Shown: one piece after another, positions 35,237 through 35,820 of the stretch
Position numbering within the stretch: position 1 is the stretch's first letter
Layout of the letters: every line of letters begins with the position of its first letter
Virus record (IMG/VR): IMGVR_UViG_3300009164_000179
Location: 1-35,820 of that record
DNA: 35,820 bases
Strand: one strand, 5' to 3'
Origin: a virus
Taxonomy: Duplodnaviria > Caudoviricetes
Position numbers and translations under genes: made by a program
The notes under the pieces: generated by a model
The model's database searches: none
What the model was told of the DNA's origin: nothing
Seen by the model: the letters and a program-made list of their open reading frames with translations, nothing else

Positions 35237-35671
35237 GTGCAATGGACGTATCAAAATCAACCCGTAGATGAAATCCCAGAAGGCTATATTGGCTTTGTTT
35301 ACATAATCACGAACACCGTAACCGGACAGAAGTACATAGGCAAGAAACTAGCACAGTTTAAACGTACAAAACCCCCACTCAAAGGCAAAAAACTTAAAAG
35401 AAGAAGCACGGTAGAAAGCGATTGGCGCGAATACTGGGGTTCATCTGATAGGTTAAACGCAGACGTCCAAGCATTAGGTCCGGAAAAATTCACAAGAGAA
35501 ATACTATATCTTTGCAAATCCAAGGCAGAACTAAGTTATTTAGAAGCTAGAGAACAGTTTGAACGTAGAGTTTTAGAAACTGATGACTATTATAATGGCA
35601 TTATAAACGTCAGAGTTGGCGGATCAAATATACTTAGACAGCGTCTTTTAGAACAATCAAAGGCAAAATAA
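35237..35671 (+). CDS. Stand-alone GIY-YIG family nuclease (144 aa)
   Basis: GFVYIITNTVTGQKYIGKK, YWGSS, LE(A)REQF and YYN motifs; GTG start directly after the upstream TGA. Confidence 0.8.
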   Translation: MQWTYQNQPVDEIPEGYIGFVYIITNTVTGQKYIGKKLAQFKRTKPPLKGKKLKRRSTVESDWREYWGSSDRLNADVQALGPEKFTREILYLCKSKAELSYLEAREQFERRVLETDDYYNGIINVRVGGSNILRQRLLEQSKAK

Positions 35672-35686
35672 AGCGGTTTTTTGGCT

Positions 35687-35820
35687 GGCGCAGGCTTAAT
35701 TTCGTGCGCTCTAAACCTGGTCTACGTGTACACAGGGATGGAAAACCTTGCCGCAAAGGTGCTTAACCACTACCCGAAAGGATGACGATCGCTACTAAGA
35801 CCTGCGATTTGGTTATTTGA
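35687..35820 (+). ncRNA. Putative structured non-coding RNA, truncated by window end (strand assumed from co-transcription)
   Basis: Non-coding and GC-richer than flanks. Successive stems 35687-92/35705-10, 35716-19/35733-36 and 35745-49/35756-60, then a three-way junction closed by 35764-69/35810-15 containing CC-GAAA-GG and GATCGC/GCGATT. Confidence 0.5.

Larger units (their letters stand above)
1..35820. other. Fragment of a large T4-like myovirus (probable jumbo phage): baseplate/tail-fibre module divergent from a gp55-gp47-gp46 module
   Basis: gp55-, gp46/47-, gp5-, gp6-, gp25- and gp53-like proteins and a tail collar domain occur together; genes abut or overlap; no host housekeeping genes seen. 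Confidence 0.95.

Noticed and set aside
35661-35686. Intrinsic terminator after GIY-YIG (GCGG-T6)
   Set aside because: No GC stem precedes the T-run; only a weak mismatched A/T pairing.
35761-35820. Hammerhead ribozyme or tRNA in the terminal junction
   Set aside because: No CUGANGA core in the required order and no cloverleaf or T-loop.
1-35820. CRISPR array, integrase/att site, or eCIS/T6SS interpretation
   Set aside because: No spaced nucleotide repeats or recombinase found; gp55/gp46/gp47 next to the tail genes indicate a lytic phage rather than a bacterial injection locus.

Overview
This is an AT-rich fragment of a large T4-like (contractile-tailed, probably jumbo) bacteriophage genome, read in the standard genetic code and with almost no intergenic space. 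The minus strand (30617 to 1) carries a late structural operon: tail-tube initiator-like protein, gp53-like LysM wedge protein, putative hub, gp5-like spike, gp25, enlarged gp6, a ~4555-aa gp7-position protein with an FG-GAP propeller and five CBM-like modules, a small wedge/fibre-attachment protein and three paralogous tail fibres. A U32-family gene missed by the ORF track follows and runs off the window start. Diverging on the plus strand are a gp55-like late sigma factor with a large insertion, gp47/gp46 (Mre11/Rad50-like), a putative 2OG-Fe(II) oxygenase, an Hc1 histone-like protein and a stand-alone GIY-YIG nuclease. Directly after the nuclease lies a GC-richer, stem-dense non-coding segment cut off by the window end; this nuclease plus putative structured RNA is the best candidate for an undescribed system. 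All family calls come from motif recognition by eye, with no database search.
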